Under the pieces are notes generated by a model. That model was not told the DNA's origin. It did no database searches and saw only the letters and a list, made by a program, of their open reading frames with translations. The position numbers were made by a program, and so were the translations under genes. A DNA stretch of 64,000 nucleotides from Ptychomitrium polyphyllum (taxonomy: Eukaryota). The stretch lies in contig OZ316776.1 of NCBI GenBank assembly GCA_973851085.1, forward strand, positions 8,990,001 to 9,054,000. Reading direction: 5' to 3'. This document shows, one piece after another, positions 52,848-64,000 of this stretch (the stretch's first letter is position 1; each line of letters opens with the position of its first letter).

Positions 52848-54354
52848 TTACTGTATACGCCAATCAGGGGCCATTTCTAACTTGGCTCTATTTTCCTGAT
52901 CCAAGACATCAAAGAAGATCGGATCCACCTTAATGTCACTCTCCACATGCACCTGTAATACAAAGTACCAAATGCGAATGACTAGGAGAACATGATGAAA
53001 AATAAACATCGATTAGTGGGTGAAACCAAAATAATTGACGAGACCCAAAACAATTAATATGCACACACCGGAAGAAAAGAATATGTAAGCTGAGAAACGT
53101 ACACTTGGTCGTGTAAAACGTTCTAAAATGTAAAATCAAAAACAAAAGTAATGTAAATGTAAAACCAAATGAAATGTAAAACGATCTGAGAAAGAGAATG
53201 ATATACCAAGACAACAGTTACTAAGACAACTCACTGGACTTCCACAATTAATAAGGTGACTTCATACCTGAAATGGATGCCTCCACTTCCATACTAGTGA
53301 TTCCCCAGAGATAGTAACAACCGCGTGGAGCATCATCTCGCGCTTCGTAACGTCACAAAAGAAATCCTTGACATGGTTCGTCAACTCAAGACCGTCCAGC
53401 TTACAGGGCAATTCCATCGTTTTGGCGGATAAAGCGGCTTGATTTCCAGCAGGAACCTGCAAACAACAACAAATTTCAAAAAAAGATCTAGATTGCAACC
53501 AAAATTATCCAAAGAATTTTAAAAGGAAAAAAAATAACCTATTGCAGAAACAAACAAAGAAAATGGACCAGATGAGCCTCTGCATCCCTTGATGACTCTA
53601 GCTATGCAAAAGAAGCAGATGCCTCAAAACCAAGTTCAACAAATGAACAAGCCTCTTAACCCTTCACCCAAAAGGAGCACGTTTCTTAGTAGAGTGGATA
53701 TCAATATGGAAAGAACTGTAGACAAGAGCTTCTGTTCACCTTGGCCTGACCGAGTAAGGCTCCATGATAGTAGATATCCATTATTGTGTCGTAGAACACG
53801 ATCGGGGACACATTCGGATTTGTAGAATTAACATGCAGGGTAAGTGAAATATCGACAACTGCAAGCAACAGCGGAGAATCTGTGCAGAAGCGAAGGTTGA
53901 AGCCATCCAATGTGATGAGCTCCACCCTAAACGCCGGATCTCGAGGACGAATCGAATAGAGCCACAACGCCATGCTCCCCAGAGCTCCCGCTGCAGCAGC
54001 TACTATCGCCCCCGCCTTCCAACTTTGCTTGTGCTTGTGCTTCTGCTTACGCGGTATTACAATTACTATCTCATCCTCGACAAAACTTCCATCAAGGTAC
54101 TCTTGGTCGCGGAGCTCAGCTTTTGAGATCGTTTTCGTCTTCGACTTTGTCCGAGGCCGCCATGGCAAATCCTCTTCGCCCTCAGCACGTTCTTCTTCGC
54201 CACGCAGCTCAAGCTCTTCAGGGGTAATAGATGCAACCTGGCTTGGGGACGCTTCTACTCGGGAGACTTTTACAGAAGCGTCCGTTATGATGCTTGGTTT
54301 TATACTCTTCCCTCCAGTAGGAACAAAACCTGCCTTTCTTGGAAGGTCCTCCAT
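52848..54354 (-). CDS. LEA_2 (WHy) domain membrane-anchored protein (exons 53740-54354, 53268-53456, 52848-52952)
   Basis: Transmembrane helix AGAIVAAAAGALGSMALWLY followed by RPRDPAF..., NPNVSPI.F, YYHGALLGQAK/VPAGNQAA, and last exon VHVESDIKVDPIFFDVLDQEN. Phase-0 GT-AG introns. Confidence 0.88.
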
Positions 54355-55818
54355 TTTGAAGCTCCAAACAAATTCTGTTAAAGCCTTCTCAACTCAAAAC
54401 ATAGAGATACCGCTAAATACTGATTTCACAGGATACTCCTTTCACACCCAATTGATGTTGAAGTAAGACTAAATCGTTTCAGCGAGACTGTTAGGATTGC
54501 TTCAATGAAGGCACCCAAGATTGTACGAGTTGCTTAGCAGAACGATGAAGCACCACTAAAAATTCCCATGTTCATTTTTATAATAGAATATGCCAATTGG
54601 TCGATTTCCCAAATAAACAGGCGCAGAAGTCTCAATGTCAGCCGTGTGTAGTCAGCAGCGCTCACTAGCCAATACACTTCTAACAGAGGTTGGTCGGTAT
54701 AATCCAATTTGAACTAGAACCTGTCACAGACCAATTCGCAAAGAATTGACAGGGCATCAGCGCCTGCGTCCAGCGATTTCAGTCAGAGCTTCCAAAACCT
54801 AACAACACCAAGGTGACAGACACAATCTTTCAAATCCTTGCACCGCCGCCTCGGGTACACCGCCCCCGGCCCCGGCCCCGCCCACGGATCATCACCACAA
54901 TGTCATCAATCTATCAACCTCAACCACGAAGATGTACACAACATCAACAAAGGCTGCTCACCAATTGGCAAACCGAACAGCCAAGGAGCTGACCAAGTCG
55001 GAAAAACAGGTGGACCAACTTACAACCTAAAAAGAGCGAACTGATATCTGTAATAAGATTCCCTTAAAATTCGTCCAGTTCTAGCCAGTGCCCACAGGTT
55101 CCTCCCTATTTCTGACTCCGGGGAAGAGATGGAACAACAAGGTCTGTCGAGAGAAAAGCTGGCGTACCTTGACAAGAAGAAGAGAACCCCAAGGCGTCAA
55201 TTTTCCGTTGAAGAACTTAGAAAGTCAACAAACTTCCCAATCCAACCACTCGAAGCCAAAGCAACGCTCACAAAGTGCCTCCAAATCCACTCATCACCGC
55301 TCTTGCCACTCGCAAACCACAAAGCTGAACGCACAATCAGTGTCAAAACAGCGTGCACAAGAGTGTGTCACAGTTCCAAACCCTGCTCAATCCACGCTGA
55401 CCAGATGACCAGAGTTCCTCTTTCGTTCATGCGATAATGGATTTCTTTCACTGTAGAAACCCCGCACCACTCTGCCAAGACTCGTACCGCAACAAGCGAC
55501 TGCTCGAACTCCAGTAAAACTCCGGGCAAACTGCAATCCTGGCTCCGCAAGTGAGAAAAAACCCTAGAGAAGAGTGAAGCACCGACTGAAAGTGCTCTTC
55601 CCCTTACTAGTCAGTCCATGGCCCTGACACTGCCCAAGTGTTCGGCGACGCCACTGCCCTCCCAATCCACATCCTCCTTTATCGCCACGATACCTTCCTG
55701 TGTGCGACCTGTGTATCGCCGCAGTATCACCTCAGTACCATTCTCATGTGTGCCACCTCCCCCTAGGAATGGAGAGGACGACTTTCTTCGCCACGTGTCC
55801 GCTCCAATCTCCTGACGT

Positions 55819-55902
55819 GGACTCGGACCTGGACCTGGACCTGGACCTGGACCTGGACCTGGATTTGGATATGGATACGGATACGGATACGGATATGGAC
55901 AC
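55819..55902. repeat. Compound hexamer repeat (GGACCT)n grading into (GGATAC)n
   Basis: About 14 GGAYNN units seen directly. Confidence 0.9.
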
Positions 55903-56599
55903 GGTCATGGGCAGGACCGTAGCTACTGCCCCCCATCTTGCATTGTGAAGCTGAGATTGCCCGCTCAGCTGCGTATGGAATGCTCTATGGAGCCCATGAA
56001 CCCTGGTGCTAGTACTAGGGGTCTGGGGCGCTTGTGCTACATTGCTGTGCTGTGGTTTGCTTCCATGGCATCAATGTGGGCGTGACACGCTTGCACCTTA
56101 GTTAGAGCAATGTCTAAATCTAGCCAACTCCTTGTATAGACAATTTCACCAACTCCTTTTTATTGACCTTGATTGCACGTCCTTTGTTTGACTCCCACTT
56201 TAATGCTTTTGACCACGTGATTTGTAAATATATTGGTGGCTTTAAGTAATATGGCCTTGATTAATTTCAACTTTATTTAAGAATGATTAATTTGTATACA
56301 AAGAATCAACAAAGTAAAGCACTAGAGCTCTCAAATTAGAGTTCCAATCTTCAATCGTCTTCCATCCAACAATTGTATATATGAAGCTTTAAACATAAAG
56401 TTGTTGAAGACTAATTCCACCTTTTTTTCCAACATTAGCTTTAGAAACTTTGAAGTTTATTTTCTATTGTCAAAAAATCTCCAAGTCTAATGAAAATCAT
56501 TCCAAATGGACAAAATTTGAAATTGAATTGTGGACAAAAAGACACCTATTATGAAAATTTAATAAATAACCTCCTTTGATTTATGGTAGGATTAGGAAT

Positions 56600-56710
56600 A
56601 TTTTGTAACAAAAACATTTTGTAACAACAACATTTTGTAACAACAACATTTTGTAACAACAACATTTTGTAACAACAACATTTTGTAACAACAACATTTT
56701 GTAACAACAA
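56600..56710. repeat. 16-bp minisatellite ATTTTGTAACAACAAC, about 7 copies
   Basis: Near-identical head-to-tail units with no spacers. Confidence 0.93.
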
Positions 56711-59700
56711 TGTATGTTGCAAGATGTAATGAGAACAAGGATATTACAAGCAATGGCACCTTACATCATATGCAATGCATTGTCCATCTCAACAAAATGT
56801 TTATTCAAGAATTGATGTTGTATTTCTTGCATCCAATGATGTATACAAATCTAATTCAATCATATGAACGTTTTAAAGAAATTGGTAATAATGCCTTTAT
56901 GGAATGTATTTATAGAATTTAACAATTACAAATTTACAACAAACTTAGTTGCTCCAAAATTTTTAATGCGTTATTTAGGTTTTGGATTTAATGGTCTCAT
57001 AAATTTAAATTTTGGCCTTTAGAAACTTTGCTTAAATTATGATATATTCTTATGAGACGAATTTTGTATTTATGTTGAGGTCACATGTAATTTTTTTTTT
57101 AAATAAGTGTTATTTGAGTTGGGATCAAGTGTCAACCACGTTGTCTAGGAGCAATACAATCTAATTTTTTATTTATATTAGCTGGTATTTAACACTAATT
57201 AGGAATTGGAAAAGATGTTAAATGAATAATGTCCTTTAGCTTGGCAAACTTTGCCATATTGAGTTTTATAAGTATATTTTGTAAGTAAGAGACCTTATTA
57301 GGGTTTGCTTAAAGATATTTAATTATTGAGTTTTTTTGTATCACACTTCTTTAATTCCTACATTCAAGCTAGTTAATTTGTTAATTGCAGCCACTTAATA
57401 ATAAGCCCAATGCTTAATGTCTAAGGCTCAAGGCTTAGTTGTCAATGCCATTTAAGCACCATGTCTATAAAAAGGTGGAATTTTATGCTTCTAACAACAC
57501 AGGCCATAGGTGTTATGGATATACATATTAGAAGCATTCAAATGGATTTAGGACATCTAAGGAGGTTCAAGAAATTTTTGAAAAAATTACCTTATTTAAG
57601 ATAACTTCTAAAGAAACAATTTGAAATTGCTTGAATACAAAAAAATATATTAGTAGCTTCTTAAAAAACTTCTAAAGGCTTTTGAATTTGATATATATAG
57701 GAATTGAGTTTGAAGAGATTGTATCTTAACAACGCATTCCTTGTGGTTGAGTTAAAATTTAATAGCTTTGTATGTTGTTGTGGTTCTTAACTCTTAATAT
57801 AAACTCTAATTCTTTAATTTCTTTGACTTCAGTTCTTGTCTTGTATTTCCATCCACAACAATAGGCTTAAAAAATATTTTACTTTTTAATTCTTCTATTT
57901 TCATCATTTTTAATATTTTTTGTTTCAACTCAATTACTTTCATTTCATTCAATTTGTGTATATTTGTCTTTAAGAGGTTCCTTAGAATACAATAAATAAT
58001 TTTTAAGGTTCTAGTGTTTCAATGACACTTTTTTAATTTAAGGGAAGTTTTTTTTATATATACCAATTTTTTAATTTATTAATGGAGGCTTTTGTGACTT
58101 ATGGCCATTTATTGCAGGTAAGTGTTAATACTTGTTATTCACTTTTATTTTTTAGTTTTTTGATTGGCATAAAAAGTACAATTTTTAATTTTAAAATGTT
58201 GTTCGTAATATCTTTCCTAATTGCAAACATTGTTGCAATGGATTTACAATATTGCCTCATTTTATATTGTAAATATTTTATGTTTTATAAGTATATTCTA
58301 AGAATGTAGTTCAATTAATTAAATATAATTTTTGATTGACAATATTTATTTGATAATTATGTATACATAGATTAAGAATTGAATATCAAATAAATATTAC
58401 ATAAAGTGTAATAATTTATTTAAAAAATATATAAATAAATAACAAAAAATACCTTATATTTTTTATTACTTTATAAATACAGTAAATACCATATATTATA
58501 TCTCATTCTATATCACGTTTGATTTAATTACTATAAAATGGTAATAAAGATCTATAATAAACTAAAATATTTCTAGTTTAATTTCCATAATTAGTATAAA
58601 AAATAAATCTATATTTCAAAAAGATTTTTTTTAAAAAAATATTTTATGCTTAGGCGTAATATTTTATATTATAAATTTATAGTTTAAAGTACTTATTTCA
58701 TTTAAGTAATTAGTAATAGAATTTCTGAGATAATGTTTGAATATTAAAGGTGTTATCTGCTCAAAGAAAAAGATTTTTAAATACTTTACAATGAATTTTT
58801 GTAACAAGTTTTTAATGTTTTTAATTAGTAGTAATAATTGCTCTTACTTTACATATTTGAAAACCATTCCATAATCATTGAAATGAACAATTTTAGTGAT
58901 ATACTATAAAATAAGTTCTATTAAATAATATGCAATGCAAGATTAATAGGGTCCACATCATCAAAAGTCCCTTCTATTTCTCCATATCCTTGTCTTTCTT
59001 TCAATACATTGTTCATTTCACTTAGGTATTGCAAATACATTGCAAACACATGATGATTACTCTTTTTGTTATTGCAATATGCACACTATATTAAAAAATT
59101 GTATACAATTTTGAAATTTGATGTATTATGTGAATAAGAGTTGCCATATGTAACATGTTAAGTACCATAAATCAATGTTGAATATGCAATTAATAGAATA
59201 AAAAAGAATGCATAAAAAAGACATTCTCAACTGCCCTCTTAATAGTATGTGTCTAATACATTAAAATTTGAATTTGCTTATTTTAACTTTGATAATGGTT
59301 TATGATACTCAATCTATTACATATGACAATTTTTATTTATACAATAGCAAACAACAAACATCGACAACAATCATAGTCAATTATTTCTCATTACTTAATG
59401 ATAGAATATAAAGGTGCAAGCAATTAAAGAAAATTCTACATTTTATTTTAAAAATAAATAAATTTTACTACCATATTTAAGCAAGCTTACAATAAAGAGT
59501 TTTTTTACAAAAATGCTTACAAAGATTGACCTTATAAAGAATGTTAAATCAAGGGAATTTTCCACTTGATATTCTTTACTCTTAATTGGCACTAACAAAG
59601 CCAAGCTAACATGAAATATTAAATGAATGAAAACTCCATAAATTAAAAGAAAATATATTTATTCCACATGGCTTGGCACTAGATGCCATTTTACATGATG

Positions 59701-62195
59701 TATGTATTCTTGCCTTCCTTCCAACTTCAAAACTATAAAAACAATACAAAGCATTGACAAGCTATTTTCCATTCTACATTCATGAATTACTTCTAACATC
59801 CAAAGTTTTAAAAATAGCACAAATTTTTTGCACTTCTTATCATTATACATAGAAACCCCAAAATTTGAATCTAAATCCTTCCTTTTGTTTATCTTTGTTA
59901 AAACATTGTAAGAACTAAGCTTTTACCTCCACTTCCATTATAAATCCAAAATTTGAAAAAAGAAAAATTAAGAGGCACTCGTTGTGCAATAAATTTAACA
60001 AAAACCACTCTATGCAAAAAAAAGAGGAATTTAAATGGTGATTGATGGTTGAGAGAGTGAAAACTATGTGACGAAGGCCTTGTCATGCTATGCTATAGCC
60101 CCTTTAAACCTGTCATTATATCTAAAATTGACATTCTCAATCTATACAATAGATTCAATGAAGTGAAATGTATGCATGAGGTAGATGTGTCAGGTTCAGA
60201 GCACACTTCACAAGTTTGTGCTTGTACAGATCCATGTTGCAATACACACTCCTCGCCTCACACTTATTAGCCAAAGTGCAGATTTTGGTTGCATAGTGGG
60301 GACCATCCCACTGGCTGTTGGGATGAGAAATTGTCAAAACAATGTCATTTGTCCTTTGTGGTGGTTCTTCCTGCTTTCTGGATAGTGAGAATCTCCTAAG
60401 GGAATTGGGGTTGTGCATCATTCAAGGCAAATGCACAGCAACACATGGGAACTTTAGAATTTGTCAAATCTCAGCTTTAGTTTGAATGTGAAGTTACAAC
60501 AGCATGAATTCTGCAATGGTAAGTTTCAAGTCAGTCTGACATCAAAATGTAGAAATTATGCTGGACCATGCTAATTGACATCAGTGACATAGGTTTTGTG
60601 GGGAAACATTTGCTCAAAGAATTACTAAATTAATCACACTTTTGAGCTCACCCTGCCTTGGCATTCCATACATAAGTGGAGAATTACCCATACAAAAATT
60701 TACTACATGTTTTAAGGTGCTCAAAACTAACCAGTATGTTGACCTAGTTAAAGATTTTGTGTATGATGGATTAACTTGCCAGCATCAGCAGGTTTGAGAC
60801 ATTGAGTCAACTGGTTAAATGCTACATGCTACAAATATTTGCAGTCATGAGCAGAATCATAGCTGTACTTTTAGGTTCAAGTCTCACAGGACTCTGAAGT
60901 TTCCATAGCAAAAATTGTGTTCACCCTGAGGCACCCTGGGGCACATAAACCATGAATTGCAGCTGTGCAAGAACTTTTCTGCTTGAGGATTCCTCTGTTC
61001 ATCAGAATGTTGTTGATTAGATCAGCTCTTCGAGAATCTTGCCTAGTTTTTTTATTGCTTTTTCATAAATGAAAAAAGTTCATTGCAACAATGAGGTACA
61101 GTCTCATGCATGAGGATCAACTTTGTGTAATTCCACTCCAGAAAGATCACGTCATCCAAATTTCTATCTTGTAGTTCCTTTTGAGCACTTTCATTCATTT
61201 GGATTAAAAAATTCTAAAACATTAATCGATCTTAAACTTTGTAACGTTTTTTCCTATAGAGTTTATAAATCAAATGACATAAAAGAATGGCTTTTAAGAT
61301 ATTGAACTCTTATGTTGTCCAAAATACTAACCTAACTGCCTACCAACCTACCTGCAGACCAACCTAACAAATTGAGAGCATATGTTTTCATTAGCTTTTA
61401 TATTTATATATGTATATGTATATATGTATGCATATGCTAATCCAAAAAAGTATCCGAGTACGATGCTAACTGAGAACTGAGAGTATCCTGTCCTCCTCCT
61501 TGATGACGAGATTAAAGAGACATCCCAAAGTAAGTGAATTTGAACCAAAGCTTTTCTAAAACCATTGACTTTTACCAAAGTGTTGAGGTTCTCCTGAGAT
61601 GCCTGGCATAAAAGCCAATGCCCACTCAGAAATGAAAATATAAAACCGTGCCGAAAGTCAATTAGGTCTTGAGGCATCCACCAAACTAAAGACTGACAAA
61701 CCGGAGCCGGTGAGTCACCCGCGATTCACTGCCCACCCAGGACATGCGTACTTCGGAGTTCAATCACCCCTCATCCCATCCCCTCAACACACTCCCCCCC
61801 CACCAAACCCCACAAACCCCTCAGGCCTCAGCGGATGGCGATGCGACGACCTGAAGCAGCATTACGAATCACGATGATGGAGGAAACTCCAGGGTGAACG
61901 AGCGCCGGCACCCGCCCTCGACCCTTGAACGCGAATCCGTACGACAGAGGGTAGAATACAACTTGCCATTGGTGTATGTTCATTCCACCGGGTTCACGCC
62001 CGACCGGAGTGACACAAGGAAATACAGGGGAGACAGGGGATACAGAGTCGGGACGCGATAGGGGACGGCGAGGGGCTTCAAGCGGGGGCCAGCCCGAATC
62101 GCAGAGGAGCCTTGGCTCGGAGGATAGTTAGTGACGAGAGCTGAGCGCACGATTTGTCTCGCGAGAACGGGACTTTTGCAGCTGTTTGGTTAGAT

Positions 62196-64000
62196 ATGGA
62201 TGCCGCCGCACACACAGCCTCGACGTCGATGCTAGCGCCGTCAGTGTCATTGCGACCGGGAGGGGGGAGGTCAGTGGCGTTTCGGCCGTTCGGAGGGGGG
62301 AGTGGCGTAAGTGGAGCAGGTCGGGACGGAGGAGCGACTGGGACGCGTGCGGGGCCGCAGGGGGAGGGATTTGAGAACCCTAATGCCGGGAGATTTGTGA
62401 GGGGGCCTGTGCACGGGAGCTTTGTGCGAAGCTCCCGGGAGAGGATCCGGTATGGGCGAGAGGAGTTGTTCAAGTTTAGAGACGCCTGCACCGAGGCACC
62501 GGAGGAGCTGGTAAACTCGGGGATCGATGGTTTGATTAACACCGCTGGCGGGGAGGACGACTGGAGTCGGAGGGAGCCTAGGGATTTGCCGCAGCCGCCC
62601 ACGCCCCGGGTTGTGGAGCCGGACACGAGAGATTGGAAGGCTCGGGCGCCGGCCCCGGCGCCTGCCCCAGCGCAGGAGGAGAGATCCTCGTCGCGCGAGC
62701 AGCAGCGGGACAGGAACCCTAAGCAGCGCAATGAGAGGAGCGAGAGGGGCGAGAGGGGTGACAATCGCGGCCCCCGCGAGCAGGCGAATTCGGCCCAGGC
62801 GCAGAGGCAGGCGGAGAGCGCCCCCGCGGGCCCGCCGCCCGCAATTGTGAAGGCGGCCAATCCGTGGTCGGCCCGGAGGGGCGCGCAGTCGGAGAAGGAG
62901 AAGGTGTACCGGACGGTGAAGGGCATCCTGAACAAGCTGACGCCGGAGAAGTACGATCTGCTGGCGGAGCAGATGATGCAGGCGGGGATCAGCTCGGCCG
63001 AGATCCTGCAGGGCGTAATTTCGCTCATCTTCGACAAGGCGGTGTTGGAGCCGACGTTCTGCGCCATGTACGCGCAGCTGTGCGTGCAGCTGAGCAAGGA
63101 GCTGCCGGAGTTCCCGGCGGAGCAGGCCGGGGAGAAGCCGATAACGTTCCGGCGGGTGCTGCTGAACACGTGCCAGGAGGAGTTCGAGGGCGCGGACGCG
63201 CTGCGGGAGGAGATCAAGAAGCTGACGAAGCCTGAGCAGGCGGTGGAGCGGGACGAGAAGGAGAAGAGGGTGAAATTGCGGACGCTGGGGAACATCAAGC
63301 TGATCGGCGAGCTGTTCAAGCAGAAAATGCTGCCGGAGAAGATCGTGCACGCGTGCATCCAGGAGCTGCTGGGGCAGGACCCGAAGGCGACCCCGGCGGA
63401 GGAGAACGTGGAGGCGCTGTGTCACCTGTTCACGACGGTGGGGAAGCAGCTGGAGGAGAGCGCGAAGTCGAAGATGGCGTTCGACACGTACTTCGCCCGG
63501 CTGAAGGCGATCGGGGAGAGCAGGGGGCTGCCGTCGCGGATCCGGTTCATGGTGCGCGACATTCTGGACATGAGGTCGAACAAGTGGGTGCCCCGGCGCG
63601 AGGAGATGAAGGCGAAGACGATCAACGAGATCCATGCGGAGGCGGAGGCGAAATTAGGTCTGCGGCCGGGGATGATGGCATTGCGGAACGGGAGAGCGCC
63701 CGCGCTGCCCGGGTTCACGCCCGGCGCAGGAGGGATGATGCCTGGGATGCCGGGAATGCCTGGAATGCCCGGAGGTGCGATGCCCGGGGCCCCGATGATG
63801 GGGAGCTTCCTGGGGCCGGGGCTGGAGGCGGACGGATGGGAGACGGTGAGCACAGCACGGCGGAGCAGGAAGGACAGCACGGGGGTGCTGCCAATGCCGG
63901 GAGGAGGAAGCATCGGGGGCATGGGCAGCGGGGCGATGCCGGGAGCGCCGGGCGGGGGGCAGGCGCGGTTCGGGTCGCCGTCGATGCGGGCGGGCGGCGT
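62196..64000 (+). CDS. Translation initiation factor eIF(iso)4G, 5' part, uninterrupted ORF running off the window
   Basis: MDAAA...VSLRPGGGR (plant eIFiso4G N-terminal motif), eIF4E-binding RERIRYGREELF, MIF4G domain (VKGILNKLTPEKY, FDKAVLEPTFCAMYAQLC, FRRVLLNTCQEEFEG, RTLGNIKLIGELFK, SRIRFMVRD), then PGMPGMPG repeats. Confidence 0.95.
   Translation, partial: MDAAAHTASTSMLAPSVSLRPGGGRSVAFRPFGGGSGVSGAGRDGGATGTRAGPQGEGFENPNAGRFVRGPVHGSFVRSSRERIRYGREELFKFRDACTEAPEELVNSGIDGLINTAGGEDDWSRREPRDLPQPPTPRVVEPDTRDWKARAPAPAPAPAQEERSSSREQQRDRNPKQRNERSERGERGDNRGPREQANSAQAQRQAESAPAGPPPAIVKAANPWSARRGAQSEKEKVYRTVKGILNKLTPEKYDLLAEQMMQAGISSAEILQGVISLIFDKAVLEPTFCAMYAQLCVQLSKELPEFPAEQAGEKPITFRRVLLNTCQEEFEGADALREEIKKLTKPEQAVERDEKEKRVKLRTLGNIKLIGELFKQKMLPEKIVHACIQELLGQDPKATPAEENVEALCHLFTTVGKQLEESAKSKMAFDTYFARLKAIGESRGLPSRIRFMVRDILDMRSNKWVPRREEMKAKTINEIHAEAEAKLGLRPGMMALRNGRAPALPGFTPGAGGMMPGMPGMPGMPGGAMPGAPMMGSFLGPGLEADGWETVSTARRSRKDSTGVLPMPGGGSIGGMGSGAMPGAPGGGQARFGSPSMRAGG

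Noticed and set aside
53262..53267. Apparent stop of the LEA_2 gene at 53262
   Set aside because: The TGA is part of a GTATGA donor; the conserved last exon lies at 52848-52952.
55700..55948. ORF encoding DLDLDL/DTDTD repeats
   Set aside because: A by-product of the hexamer microsatellite with a non-ATG start and no other coding signal.
56600..56710. 16-bp repeat array as a possible CRISPR array
   Set aside because: Units are contiguous with no unique spacers, there are no cas genes, and the context is eukaryotic.
62078..63922. Long minus-strand ORFs (426, 454 and 166 aa)
   Set aside because: Antisense shadows of the GC-rich eIF(iso)4G coding sequence; the 454-aa ORF shares its codon register.

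Overview
Eukaryotic nuclear DNA from an early land plant, most likely a moss. This is inferred from plant-type intron-rich genes plus a centriole SAS-4/CENPJ-like gene; the species cannot be determined. In order, the window holds the 5' end of NRPB1 (-), PEX12 (-), a CINP/C1orf109-family-like gene (+), an organellar family-A DNA polymerase (+), an At4g15545-like gene with an apparent in-frame stop (+), a SAS-4/CENPJ-like coiled-coil gene (+), methionine S-methyltransferase (-), an SRS2-like UvrD helicase (-), a LEA_2 gene (-), AT-rich decayed intergenic DNA, and the 5' part of an intron-free, GC3-rich eIF(iso)4G (+). The most unusual element is the last intron of the organellar DNA polymerase (19545-20468). 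It contains an organelle-like mosaic: a truncated plastid psb30/ycf12 reading frame, a hairpin-rich group-II-intron-like stretch, and a perfect 18-bp inverted iteron-like repeat flanking an AT-rich core, resembling a primase/helicase-type replication origin. All identifications are by eye and from recalled protein motifs; no database search was run.
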